Shown one piece after another: positions 10,425 to 19,395 of a stretch of DNA of 64,000 nt. Positions within the stretch are counted from its first letter, which is position 1, and each line of letters starts with the position of its first letter. The notes beneath the pieces were generated by a model that did no database searches, was not told the origin of the DNA, and worked only from the letters and a program-made list of their open reading frames with translations. The position numbers and the translations under genes are program-made. The DNA comes from Truepera sp. (GTDB lineage Bacteria > Deinococcota > Deinococci > Deinococcales > Trueperaceae): contig CBDCKW010000009.1 of assembly GCA_965218435.1 (NCBI GenBank), positions 1,824,001 to 1,888,000 of the forward strand, in the 5' to 3' direction.

Positions 10425-11492
10425 TCATCCAAAGACCTCGGCGTAGGTGAGGTTGGCAGTTTCAAAATCGTCTAACCGACCCACATCAAGCCAGTATTCA
10501 TGCACCGGAAAGCTGCCGATGCTCCAGTTTTGGGCGAGCACCTTGCTCAGCAGGTCGGGCATATCAAAAGGTTGATTGGGCGGAATCAGAGGCAAACACT
10601 CCGGATTGAGCAGATAAATCCCTGCGTTGACGAAGTAGTTGTATTCGGGTTTTTCAACGATATGGGTGAGGTTGTTGCGTTGCAACTCGACGACGCCGAA
10701 GGGCACCCGCACACTGTACTGGCGTACCGCAACCGACGCTTGCTGGCGGTGGGTACGGTGAAACTCGAGCATTTGCCGAAAATTGACCTTGGTCAACAGG
10801 TCGCCGTTCATTACAAACACCGGCGTCGCCTGTGGGTTTAAGAGGCTCAGCGACCCGGCGGTCCCGAGCCGTTTGGTTTCGCGGAGATAGTAAATCTCTG
10901 CGCCCCAGCTCGAGCCGTCACCGAAGTAATCTTCAATCATCTGCGCTTTATAGTTGACCGAGATAAAAAACTTCCCAAACCCCTGCGCGAGAAACCCCTC
11001 CAAGATCGTTTCCAAAATCGGTTTGGTCCCCACCTTAAGGAGCGGTTTGGGCGCGTCTTGGGTCAGTGCGCCGAGGCGCGTGCCTAAGCCACCAGCCATA
11101 ATAACCACCGGGTTCACCACCTGTTGCGGCACGATCTCATTTTCGGGGAGCGCCAACCCGATGACCTTGCGGTCGGGTCCGACAATAGGGATACGCCGCG
11201 CCAAACGCTTGTGCAAAAGCCAACCGTCGTCGTGAAACGACAGGTCGGGCGCAACCGTGATAGGGTCACGGGTCATGACCTCCCGCACCCCGGCGTCTAA
11301 ACTAAGACCCCGCAACAGCCCCCGCCGCACATCGCCGTCGGTGACCGTGCCGAGCAGCTGCCGGTCGGGGGTGACGATCAGCGCGATTTGCAGCTCCGCG
11401 CGGTCAATAACCGCGATCACCTCGCGGAGCGTCGCCGACTCCTGAGCAAAAACGTTAGTAATATCACCTTCAGCTGCTGCTAATGCAATCAC
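10425..11492 (-). CDS. CBS-domain nucleotidyltransferase, PtmE-like
   Basis: N-terminal CBS pair (GTVTDGDVRRGLL), then MAGGLGTRL, PKPLL, LGTAGSL, NGDLLT, YWLDVG. Confidence 0.9.
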   Translation of the reverse strand: MIALAAAEGDITNVFAQESATLREVIAVIDRAELQIALIVTPDRQLLGTVTDGDVRRGLLRGLSLDAGVREVMTRDPITVAPDLSFHDDGWLLHKRLARRIPIVGPDRKVIGLALPENEIVPQQVVNPVVIMAGGLGTRLGALTQDAPKPLLKVGTKPILETILEGFLAQGFGKFFISVNYKAQMIEDYFGDGSSWGAEIYYLRETKRLGTAGSLSLLNPQATPVFVMNGDLLTKVNFRQMLEFHRTHRQQASVAVRQYSVRVPFGVVELQRNNLTHIVEKPEYNYFVNAGIYLLNPECLPLIPPNQPFDMPDLLSKVLAQNWSIGSFPVHEYWLDVGRLDDFETANLTYAEVFG

Positions 11493-11620
11493 GCCAACCT
11501 CACCTCAGCTACATTCGTTTACCTCGACTTTTCCAAGCTTACGCTTTCGATGAGAAGCTGTAAGTGCAAAATCTTTAATCTAATTTTAATGTAAGGGCTT
11601 TTAGAAAAGTTGAAGAACAC

Positions 11621-12498
11621 TAGACCTCTTGCGAAAGTAGGTTCATAGGGTTGAAAGTAGGGCATGAGGTATGAAGCGATAAGAGAACTGAAGCCGGAGG
11701 CGTTCAAACGGTTGACGGGAGTAAAGCCACCCGTATTTGCTGACATGGTAGCGATTTTACGTGAGGCAGAGGGGCGCAAGAAGAAAGCGGGACGCACAAG
11801 CAAGCTCTGCCTAGAAGACAAGTTGCTTTTAGCTATGTCGTATTGGCGGGAGTATCGGACGCAGTTTCACATCGCAGCGAGCTACGGCGTGCATGAGTCA
11901 ACCGCCAACCGGATCATCACTCAGGTAGAAGATGCGCTAATGGCTTCGGGCAAGTTCAGTCTACCCAAGCGGCGTGAGGTTGCTGAGACCGAATGGACGG
12001 TGGTGCTCGTTGACGTCACTGAAACGCCTAGCGAACGCCCCAAAAAAAGCAGCGGCGCTACTACAGCGGCAAGAAAAGATGTCACACGTTAAAAAGCCAG
12101 GTTCTCGTAGACGCGAGCAGCTATAAAATCCTCGCTACGGCTCCTGCCAAAGGGCCAAAGCATGACTACGCTCTATTCAAAGACACCGCACCGAGATGCC
12201 AGCCTGAGGTCTGGTACGTTGCCGATAGCGGCTACCAAGGGCTTACTTCACGGCATCCGCAGAGCTGCCTACCTTTCAAAAAGCCCAGAGGTAAAGAACT
12301 TAGTCCTGGGCAAAAAGCTCATAACCGAGCCCTTGGTCGCTTTCGTATCGCGGTTGAACACGTGATCCGCTCGTTCAAAATCTGGCGCATTCTCAAAGAA
12401 ACTTACCGTAACCGTCGCAAACGCTTCGCCTTACGCTTCAACCTTATCGCCGGTCTTATCAATGCTGGGCTTGATCTGTGACTTTCGCAAGAGGTCTA
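11621..12498 (+). mobile_element. IS5-family (ISL2/IS702-like group) insertion sequence
   Basis: Perfect terminal inverted repeats TAGACCTCTTGCGAAAGT (11621-11638) and ACTTTCGCAAGAGGTCTA (12481-12498); the outer TA is probably the target duplication; encloses a DDE transposase. Confidence 0.9.
11664..12481 (+). CDS. IS5-family transposase encoded in two frames joined by a -1 frameshift at AAAAAAAG (12042-12049)
   Basis: ORF A (FKRLTGV...YWREYRT...DVTETPSERPKK) continues in the -1 frame as KQRRYYSGKKRCHTLKSQ...ADSGYQG...RIAVEHVIR...RFNLIAG to TGA at 12479-12481. Confidence 0.85.
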
Positions 12499-12610
12499 TT
12501 TACCTTATCCGCCATTCAGCAGCTTGACGGCCGCCTAGATGAGCACCTGCTGAGCATTGATGAACCACCGGCAAGCTTATCCGGCAGCCTACACAACCAT
12601 TTACGCACAT

Positions 12611-14110
12611 TTACTCAGTGACGGCGCGGATGTAGCGGCGGTACTCGCGGCTGTCTAAACGCTGCTTGGTGCGCGTTACCGCGACGCCGACAAGCGGAAT
12701 CCCCATAACTTCAAGACGCTCAGCGGCTGAGCTGAGACTGCGCCGGTCGGAGCGTTTAAGGTTGGTGACCAAAACGGTGTGCGTACAGAGCGGCGCAATT
12801 GAAAAGGTGTCGGCCACGGCTAATAGGGGCGCTGAATCAATTACAATCACGTCGTAGTCGCGCTTCCACAGCTCGAGGCAGGCCGGCAAGTTACGGCTTA
12901 ACAGCGGCGTCGCCGAGGGCCTAAACCCCGGCACTACATCGAGGTCACTGCCTGAAACGATCAGCTGAGTCGGGTGATGCTTGTCCGGGTCGGCGAGGTA
13001 GTCGAGCAGCGAATCGTCGTTTTTAGGGATGTTGTAGCGTCTGGCAATCGTGGGTTGCCGCAGGTCCGCGTCAACCAGGAGCGTTTTATACCCGTGACGG
13101 GTCAAGCTCTCGGCGAGGTGCAAAGCGACGGTTGTTTTGCCCTCGTCGCTTTTGGGGCTGCTAAGTAAAATTACCCGTTTACCCGGTGTGGACGACGCCA
13201 GCAGCAGCCGTGCCTGAAAGTAGTCGGCCGCTTCACGTAAGAGGTGTGCGTTCCGGGTATCGGGAAACTCTGCGAGAACCGGCAGATCGGTCACCTGCTT
13301 GACCGCCTCGACGTCTCTTAGACGCGTATCGAGCGCACTTCTCAAGAGCATCACGCCGTAAACGACAAAGACCGTAAACACCGCCGCGAGTGTGGCGTAA
13401 AAGACCGGGCGCGGGGCAACCGGCGTCCGCGGCGCGGCGGCGGGTTCGACGATGCTCAGCAGCCCGGCCGCCGACGCGAGTAGGGCGCGGGCATACGAGA
13501 GTTCTTCTTGCTGCTGTGACCGTAGTGCGATGCGGTTGTCAATCTCGCTCTGGCTGGCCACCTCGCCCATGAGTCGCAACGATTCGATCGAGTTATCGAG
13601 CTGAGCAATTTGCGCCTCGAGCGTATCAATGCCGCGACCGATATTTTGGCTGGCCCGCCGGTAATCCCAATCAACGAGCGCCTGCGCAACTGCGTTGGCG
13701 CGTCTGGCAGCAATCTGCGCGGTACCCGCCTCTACCTGCACGTCAATCAGGTTCGAGAGCGCGTCACGCTCCCCTTGAACATTAACCGAGACCGTATCGC
13801 TGAAGTCGGCGACCTTTAGGCCGCGAACACCAAGGCGTGAGATGGCGTCCTCGAGGACCGGCCGCGTACGCGCAATGTCGCTGTAGGCGGCCGCTTCAAG
13901 GGGCGGCGCACTGAGCGACGCCGAATTCGACGAAAAGGTGTTCGTTGATTTTGTTGCCAAAATTACCGCGGACGCCTCGAAGGTAGGCCCCAGCCGCTGA
14001 CTAAAAAGATAAACGCCCGCTGCAACGAGCGCCGCCAGCGGCAACGCCAACAGGAGGCCACGAAAGAGAAACTTAACGAGTTGTCCAATATCTGCTTGTT
14101 CTTCTCTCAC
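12611..14110 (-). CDS. Polysaccharide co-polymerase / BY-kinase (Wzc/CpsCD-like)
   Basis: Wzz-like N-terminus with two TM segments, Walker A SPKSDEGKTT, VDADLRQP, IIDSAP; RBS GAGGAG. Confidence 0.85.
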   Translation of the reverse strand: MREEQADIGQLVKFLFRGLLLALPLAALVAAGVYLFSQRLGPTFEASAVILATKSTNTFSSNSASLSAPPLEAAAYSDIARTRPVLEDAISRLGVRGLKVADFSDTVSVNVQGERDALSNLIDVQVEAGTAQIAARRANAVAQALVDWDYRRASQNIGRGIDTLEAQIAQLDNSIESLRLMGEVASQSEIDNRIALRSQQQEELSYARALLASAAGLLSIVEPAAAPRTPVAPRPVFYATLAAVFTVFVVYGVMLLRSALDTRLRDVEAVKQVTDLPVLAEFPDTRNAHLLREAADYFQARLLLASSTPGKRVILLSSPKSDEGKTTVALHLAESLTRHGYKTLLVDADLRQPTIARRYNIPKNDDSLLDYLADPDKHHPTQLIVSGSDLDVVPGFRPSATPLLSRNLPACLELWKRDYDVIVIDSAPLLAVADTFSIAPLCTHTVLVTNLKRSDRRSLSSAAERLEVMGIPLVGVAVTRTKQRLDSREYRRYIRAVTE

Positions 14111-14667
14111 CTAAGCTCCTCGCTCTTTACCGGTAGCGGCCGGTCAAGCACCTCGCTACCCAGCTAAAACTCTAGAGCTGCAACGTGCAATACTATTTTA
14201 CGCATTGCAGCGCCGGCTTGCATTAGCGGGCTCTAAAGCTGACCGGTTAAAGAAGAGTCTATAGCTCTTCAAGCGAAAGTGTCGGAAGCTTTAGCTGGAG
14301 CGCGTTATGAACTTGAGCCAATTATGACTGCTGTTATGGCTGCTGAACGTACGTCCCACACAGCAGTTGAAATGTTCAGACGCTTCAGTGCTTCGGACTC
14401 GAGCCTGCCTGTAAGCTCCGAGTACGTCCAAACAATACTCCGGACAGGTTTTGACGCAAAATCCACTTTGTCCGTCTGTGACGCAAATCCTCTAAGTAGA
14501 AGTCGTATTGAGAAATGCCGTCCCTGACGCGCTTTCTATATGAGTGTCCGAAGTGTTGTCCAAAAAGACACTGCCGAAAGTGTAAAAAGCTGGACCGGGA
14601 CCGATCCCGAGTGTTGACTAAACAGTCCGAATGAATCTCCAAGGGTCGTAACACGCTCTAGGGAGTA

Positions 14668-14979
14668 TCACCAGGGTCGCTGATAGACTTGCCCCTCAAC
14701 AGAGACAAACCAAGGATGAATACTAACGCTAAAGATTTTTTGTTTGACCGCAGGGTCGGCGGCAAAAATCAGCCGTGCTCCGGTTAGAGATACGGCTTCA
14801 ATAACAGCTAACGCACCTTCATCGTCTTTGAACGGACCACCCAAGACAAGGACGTGGCTGTCTTGTAACGCTGCCATATAAGCAAAATGGGCCTCGAGCG
14901 GCTGTTCATGAATCGTCTTTCCCGGCAACCAGCTAGACCCCCTAGTGTAAAGTCCGACGAAGTAATTTGACGAAACCAT
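14668..14979 (-). CDS. YciI family protein
   Basis: AHFAYM, GGPF, DPAV motifs; about 100 aa. Confidence 0.8.
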   Translation of the reverse strand: MVSSNYFVGLYTRGSSWLPGKTIHEQPLEAHFAYMAALQDSHVLVLGGPFKDDEGALAVIEAVSLTGARLIFAADPAVKQKIFSVSIHPWFVSVEGQVYQRPW

Positions 14980-15021
14980 AGCCGACTCTAATATAGAAGC
15001 GTTCAGCTCAGCAACTATAGC

Positions 15022-15468
15022 TCAGCCCTTAAACGCTGATTTGGTAAGCGCACGGTAGCAGAGCGCCACCGTCACCCCGTAAAGCACGTGGTTGACAACT
15101 TCGCCAACGACCCAGACTTCGGTTTGCGGCAACTTAAAAGGGCGCGGATGCGCGAGTCTAAAAACGGGCTTTGCCAGGATAATCGCTAAACCGTGGGCGA
15201 CGCCGAAGGTCACCCCGGTGACTAGGTTAGGGTGACCCCACCCGCGCTCCCAAACGAAAGCGTAAGGGAGGGCAAACGCTGAACCCAACGCCAGCGGGAT
15301 AGCGATATTCAAAACTTCAGCAGTCCGCTCGCCGGGTGAAAAAAGTCCGGTAGCAGTGTCTATGAGCTCGAGCTCCAGCCTGTCAAGTTTAGGAAACGTT
15401 CTGACAAACCCTAGAAAGGGAACCGTCCCCAAAAATCCGGCGGTGAGCGCGGCACTAAGGCGGTTCAT
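15022..15468 (-). CDS. Small multi-TM membrane protein (paralogue of 17318-17743)
   Basis: Hydrophobic helices, FGVAHG and GEVVNHVLYG. Confidence 0.7.
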   Translation of the reverse strand: MNRLSAALTAGFLGTVPFLGFVRTFPKLDRLELELIDTATGLFSPGERTAEVLNIAIPLALGSAFALPYAFVWERGWGHPNLVTGVTFGVAHGLAIILAKPVFRLAHPRPFKLPQTEVWVVGEVVNHVLYGVTVALCYRALTKSAFKG

Positions 15469-15519
15469 GTCAAACCCATAGGGTCACTATACACGCCTCG
15501 TCTTATGCATAAATAGCGG

Positions 15520-17281
15520 CTAAGACGACCCCTCGAGCCGCCGCAAATCGAGCACTGCGCTGATAAAGGCGGCGTGCGTGATGGTCTGCGGAAAGTTGCC
15601 GAGCGCCTGAGCAGTTTTATGGTCGGCTTCTTCAGACCAGAGCCCGAGGTCGTTGGCGTACCCTAACACCGCGTCCAAGATGCTCCGCGCCCGCGCAAAG
15701 TCGCGGCGCAACACCCAATAGTGCGCGACCCACAGGGTCGCGGCTAAAAACGCGCCCTCTTTTGCTGAGTCAAAACGCTCCAGATGCCGGTGATAAAGGG
15801 GTCCGCTCGAGAGTTGCTGCTCAATTGCCTTGACAGAAGCGACCATTTCGGGGCTGTCCGCGTCCGTATAACCCCAAACCGGAAAGAGCGCGGCGGACAC
15901 GTCTACCGCCTCCCCGCCGACAACCGCCGCGTACGCACCCTCAGGAGTTAAACAGTGCTGCGCCACGTACGCCCTGATCTCCCGACTCGTTTCGCGCCAG
16001 CGGGCCGCGTCATCTGCCGGAGCAAAGCGGGCCATCGCCTCTAAGCTGCACGCCGTCAGCACCTTGCCCACGGTGTACTGCTTTTTTTCACGTTCTTCCC
16101 AGATGCCGTAATCGGGTTCGCGCCACGCGCCCGCCAAAAAGTCGGCGACGCCGCGCATCTTGTCCCAGTGTGGGAGGTTCTCGCGCTGCCGGTCGTCTTG
16201 GTAGCAGTACTCGTAAACGAGGCAGGCCGCCAGTAACACGTCACCGTAACCGTCGAGCTGAAGCTGTTTGTTGGCACCGTTCCCGATTCTAATCGGTCGG
16301 CTGTTTTTATAGCCGGAGAGCTCGAGCGTAAACTCATCCGGCGCAACGTCGCTCGTGACCGTAAAAAAAAGGCGGCATGGGCTTGTCACTCAGACGCGGC
16401 GCACACGTCGCAATAAAGTTTAGGAAACGCCTACCTTCGGCTCCGTCGCTGCCTTCGTGGAGCAGCGCCCGCACGCCCATTCCGGCGTCGCGCAGCCACA
16501 CGTAGCGGTAGTCGTAGTTGCGCGCCCCGCCCAAGACTTCGGGCAGCGAACTCGTCGCCGCGCCGATGATGCCGCCCCCCGCTTGGCCGTCATCATCAAA
16601 GGTCAAAAGCCGGAGCGCCCGCAGCGAACTTTTGACCTCGCGCTGGTACGGACCCTCGTAGGCGCTATGTGACCCAATCTTGCGCCAGCTTGCCAGCGTG
16701 GTTTCAAGCCACCCGTCAACCTCGCCCTCGCTGGGGGACTCGAGCGGCCCGTCGCTGAGAAACGCCCAACCCGGTTCCCCTGGCGGCAAACTAAAACGCA
16801 CCTCAGCCCCGCGAATACTGAGGGCCGCAGACGCATAAAGGTAGACGTTCTCGGTGATGCGAACGCCCCCCTCAACTTTGTGAGGTCTGGCTACGTTCCG
16901 CGCGTAGTTGGGTGCCGCCTGTAGCGTAACGGTTGTAGGAACAGGCGCGGCCGAAAAACGCCGACAGAGGCCGCGCGGCAGTCCGCTCCCCAGCGGCATA
17001 AAGTCGGTGACTTGCCAAGGCCCTCGCGCCGTCCCCGCTACTGACAAGGTGGTCGTCAGCACCCCGCTCTGCTCGAGGTAGCGCCGCTCTACAAACCTGG
17101 CTGCAGCGGTCTGGTCGGGAGAAATCTTCCACTCGCCACCTTTTTCAGCGTCTAACAGCGAGGCAAACAGCGTCGGTGCGTCAAACTGTCCTGGGCAGTA
17201 CCAGACCACGCTCCCCTGTTTGTCTACGAGCGCCGCCGTGCGCCGGTCGCCGATAATTGCCAGGTCTTCTATGTTGGACAA
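15520..17281 (-). pseudogene. GH15 glucoamylase/trehalase-like hydrolase split by a frameshift in a T8 run (16363-16370)
   Basis: N-terminal part IGDRRTAALV...TSSLPE...RNYDYRYVWLRD; C-terminal part QLQLDGYG...PDYGIWEER...LWSEE...GNFPQTITH; removing one T restores PPFFTV. Confidence 0.8.
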
Positions 17282-17317
17282 AAAGCTCTCCCTGTTAGGT
17301 TTGTGTCGTTTAGCTTT

Positions 17318-17743
17318 TTAGCAAGTACGGCGCAGCGCCCGGTAGGTCGCGCCGAGAACCAGACCGTAAAGCGCGTGGTCCAAAACTTCACCCGTCATCC
17401 AGGTCGCGCGGCGAGGTAAGGCCAGCTTTTTTCCGTTGAGGCGGTCCATCAGCGGCTTTGAGAGGACGACCCCACCGCCGTGAAGCGCCCCGAAGATGAA
17501 GCCGTCACGGGCTCCCGCTTTGCCTATGCCCGCCTCCCAGAGCGCCACGTAAGCGGGCGCAAAAAGCATGCCCAACGCTAGAGAGACGGGCTCCTCGAGC
17601 CTTTCGGGTTCACGCGTGAGCTGCGCTGCAATCAGGTGGTCGAGGTCGTGCTCGAGCCGACCGTAACGCGGAAACAGCCGCACGGCAGCAAGCATCGCCA
17701 GCGACCCGGCAACCCCGGCGAGCAAGGTATCTCTGAGGTGCAT
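17318..17743 (-). CDS. Small multi-TM membrane protein (paralogue of 15022-15468)
   Basis: ATG at 17743 with RBS GGGAG; FGALHG and GEVLDHALYG. Confidence 0.7.
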   Translation of the reverse strand: MHLRDTLLAGVAGSLAMLAAVRLFPRYGRLEHDLDHLIAAQLTREPERLEEPVSLALGMLFAPAYVALWEAGIGKAGARDGFIFGALHGGGVVLSKPLMDRLNGKKLALPRRATWMTGEVLDHALYGLVLGATYRALRRTC

Positions 17744-17754
17744 GTCAACTCCCT

Positions 17755-18753
17755 TCACGCTTCGCGCTCGAGCAAAAACGCTGCGAGCGCAAGTGCGCCC
17801 AAGCCGAGCAGCACCTGCGGGCGGTGCGTGGTGTACCACAGCGCCACACTTTTTTCATGTGCCCGACTGCTAAACGCGCCGCGTGCGCCGTGGTCGCCTG
17901 CGACGGGACTATACAAGTTGCTGGGGCGATCGTGGTCGGCGGGCGCATCCGTTTGCTGCGAGCTGTAGCCCGTCCAGCCCATATAGTAGTCGAGCAGTCC
18001 CGGAATGAACTTCTGTCCCATGATCGCTGCGTAGGTCATCGAGCCCACCCAGACTTCGCGCTGCGGGTGATCGGCAGCGTAGATGATGCCCTCAGCCGCC
18101 ACCTCGGGTTGATAGATCGGCGGTACCGGTTGCGCCTTGTGCGGCAGTTTGCTTTTGACCCAGCCAAACTGCGGGGTGTTTAGGGCGGGCATCTGCACCA
18201 CCGTAATTTTGACGTTGCTCTTGTCGTGGATCAGCTCGGAGCGCAGCGAGTCTAGATAGCCCATAATCCCGCTTTTGGCTCCGCAATAGGCCGACTGGAG
18301 CGGGACGCTCCGCACCGCCAGCGCCGAGCCGACCTGGATGATGTGGCCTCGGTCCCGGGGCAACATGTGTTTCAGCGCCGCCATCGTGCCATAAACCGAC
18401 CCCAGATAGGTCACTTCGGTTGCCCGCTGGTAATCCTTGGGGTCAATCTCTTTAAGCGGCGCAAAGATTGACGCAAAGGCGTCGTTGACCCAGATGTCAA
18501 TGGGGCCAAACGCATCTTCGACGGCTTGCGCCGCCTGCGCGACCGCCTCGGCGTCGGACACGTCGGTTGGGAGCACGAGCGCCTTACCGCCGTACCGCTC
18601 AACTTCGGCGCGGGTGGCCTCGAGCCCCTCCTCTCCCCGTGCTAAAAGTCCGATATACGCCCCCCGCTTGGCAAACGCCCGCACCGTAGCGCGGCCCACT
18701 CCGGCACTCGCCCCGGTAACGACCACAACTTCGGGTTTAGTTGACTTTTTCAT
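17755..18753 (-). CDS. SDR family oxidoreductase with C-terminal hydrophobic anchor
   Basis: TGASAGVG, YCGAK (YxxxK), NTPQF; terminal VLLGLGALALAAFLL. Confidence 0.9.
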   Translation of the reverse strand: MKKSTKPEVVVVTGASAGVGRATVRAFAKRGAYIGLLARGEEGLEATRAEVERYGGKALVLPTDVSDAEAVAQAAQAVEDAFGPIDIWVNDAFASIFAPLKEIDPKDYQRATEVTYLGSVYGTMAALKHMLPRDRGHIIQVGSALAVRSVPLQSAYCGAKSGIMGYLDSLRSELIHDKSNVKITVVQMPALNTPQFGWVKSKLPHKAQPVPPIYQPEVAAEGIIYAADHPQREVWVGSMTYAAIMGQKFIPGLLDYYMGWTGYSSQQTDAPADHDRPSNLYSPVAGDHGARGAFSSRAHEKSVALWYTTHRPQVLLGLGALALAAFLLEREA

Positions 18754-18925
18754 TAGCTACCTCCTAAGTACCTTTGAGACGTGTGTTTCAAAGATAGCCT
18801 TAGCACAGCTGACACCGCTAGGCTCGGCTCAAATAGCAGTAAAGCAAGCCTACACACTGTGCTAGACAAGCTCGACACTGCCCTACAGCACCCGTTTGGT
18901 CTCCCTGCTGCTAGCTTTCCGGTGT

Positions 18926-19381
18926 TCAAGCATCTAGGTCAATCAGCGCCAGACCGAATTCTTTAACCATCCGCCGTTTGAGGTGCGCGGGCGTTTCGCT
19001 TAAGACGACCTCTAAAGTCGGGCGGACATACGCCTCCAAGATGTGCCCACCGTGCGCCGTGCCGTCACGTTTACCGACCACCACGTGCGCGTGAATTTGC
19101 AGCTGACCGTCTTTTTTAGAGGCCCCGCCCTTCAGCGACACGTCGCCTACGAGTGAGAGCACTTCAACTTGTTCAGCTACGGGGATATGAACGTAAGCTT
19201 GCGTATCCAGGTCAAAATAACCGAGCGTCGCCCGCTCGAACGCGCCGAGCGCCGTAAAATGGGCACCGTCAAGCCCAGCTTCCTTGGCGAACTGCGTCAA
19301 TCCGGCAATGACTTCATCGCCCGCGTCGAAGACGATCGCATAGGTTTTTTGGGCTCCTTCAGCCAGCAGTTTAGTTTTCAT
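18926..19381 (-). CDS. PPC/DUF296 domain protein
   Basis: GDEV, ALGAF, EVLSLVGD, HAHVVVG, GGHI, VRPTLEV. Confidence 0.85.
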   Translation of the reverse strand: MKTKLLAEGAQKTYAIVFDAGDEVIAGLTQFAKEAGLDGAHFTALGAFERATLGYFDLDTQAYVHIPVAEQVEVLSLVGDVSLKGGASKKDGQLQIHAHVVVGKRDGTAHGGHILEAYVRPTLEVVLSETPAHLKRRMVKEFGLALIDLDA

Positions 19382-19395
19382 GCTGCCCCTTTTTC

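Noticed and set aside
12162..12365. 67-aa ORF inside the IS
   Set aside because: Wrong frame; the true transposase C-terminus lies in another frame
14279..14654. Short ORFs on both strands between wzc and yciI
   Set aside because: No motifs or clear RBS and atypical composition; may be a decayed gene but cannot be supported
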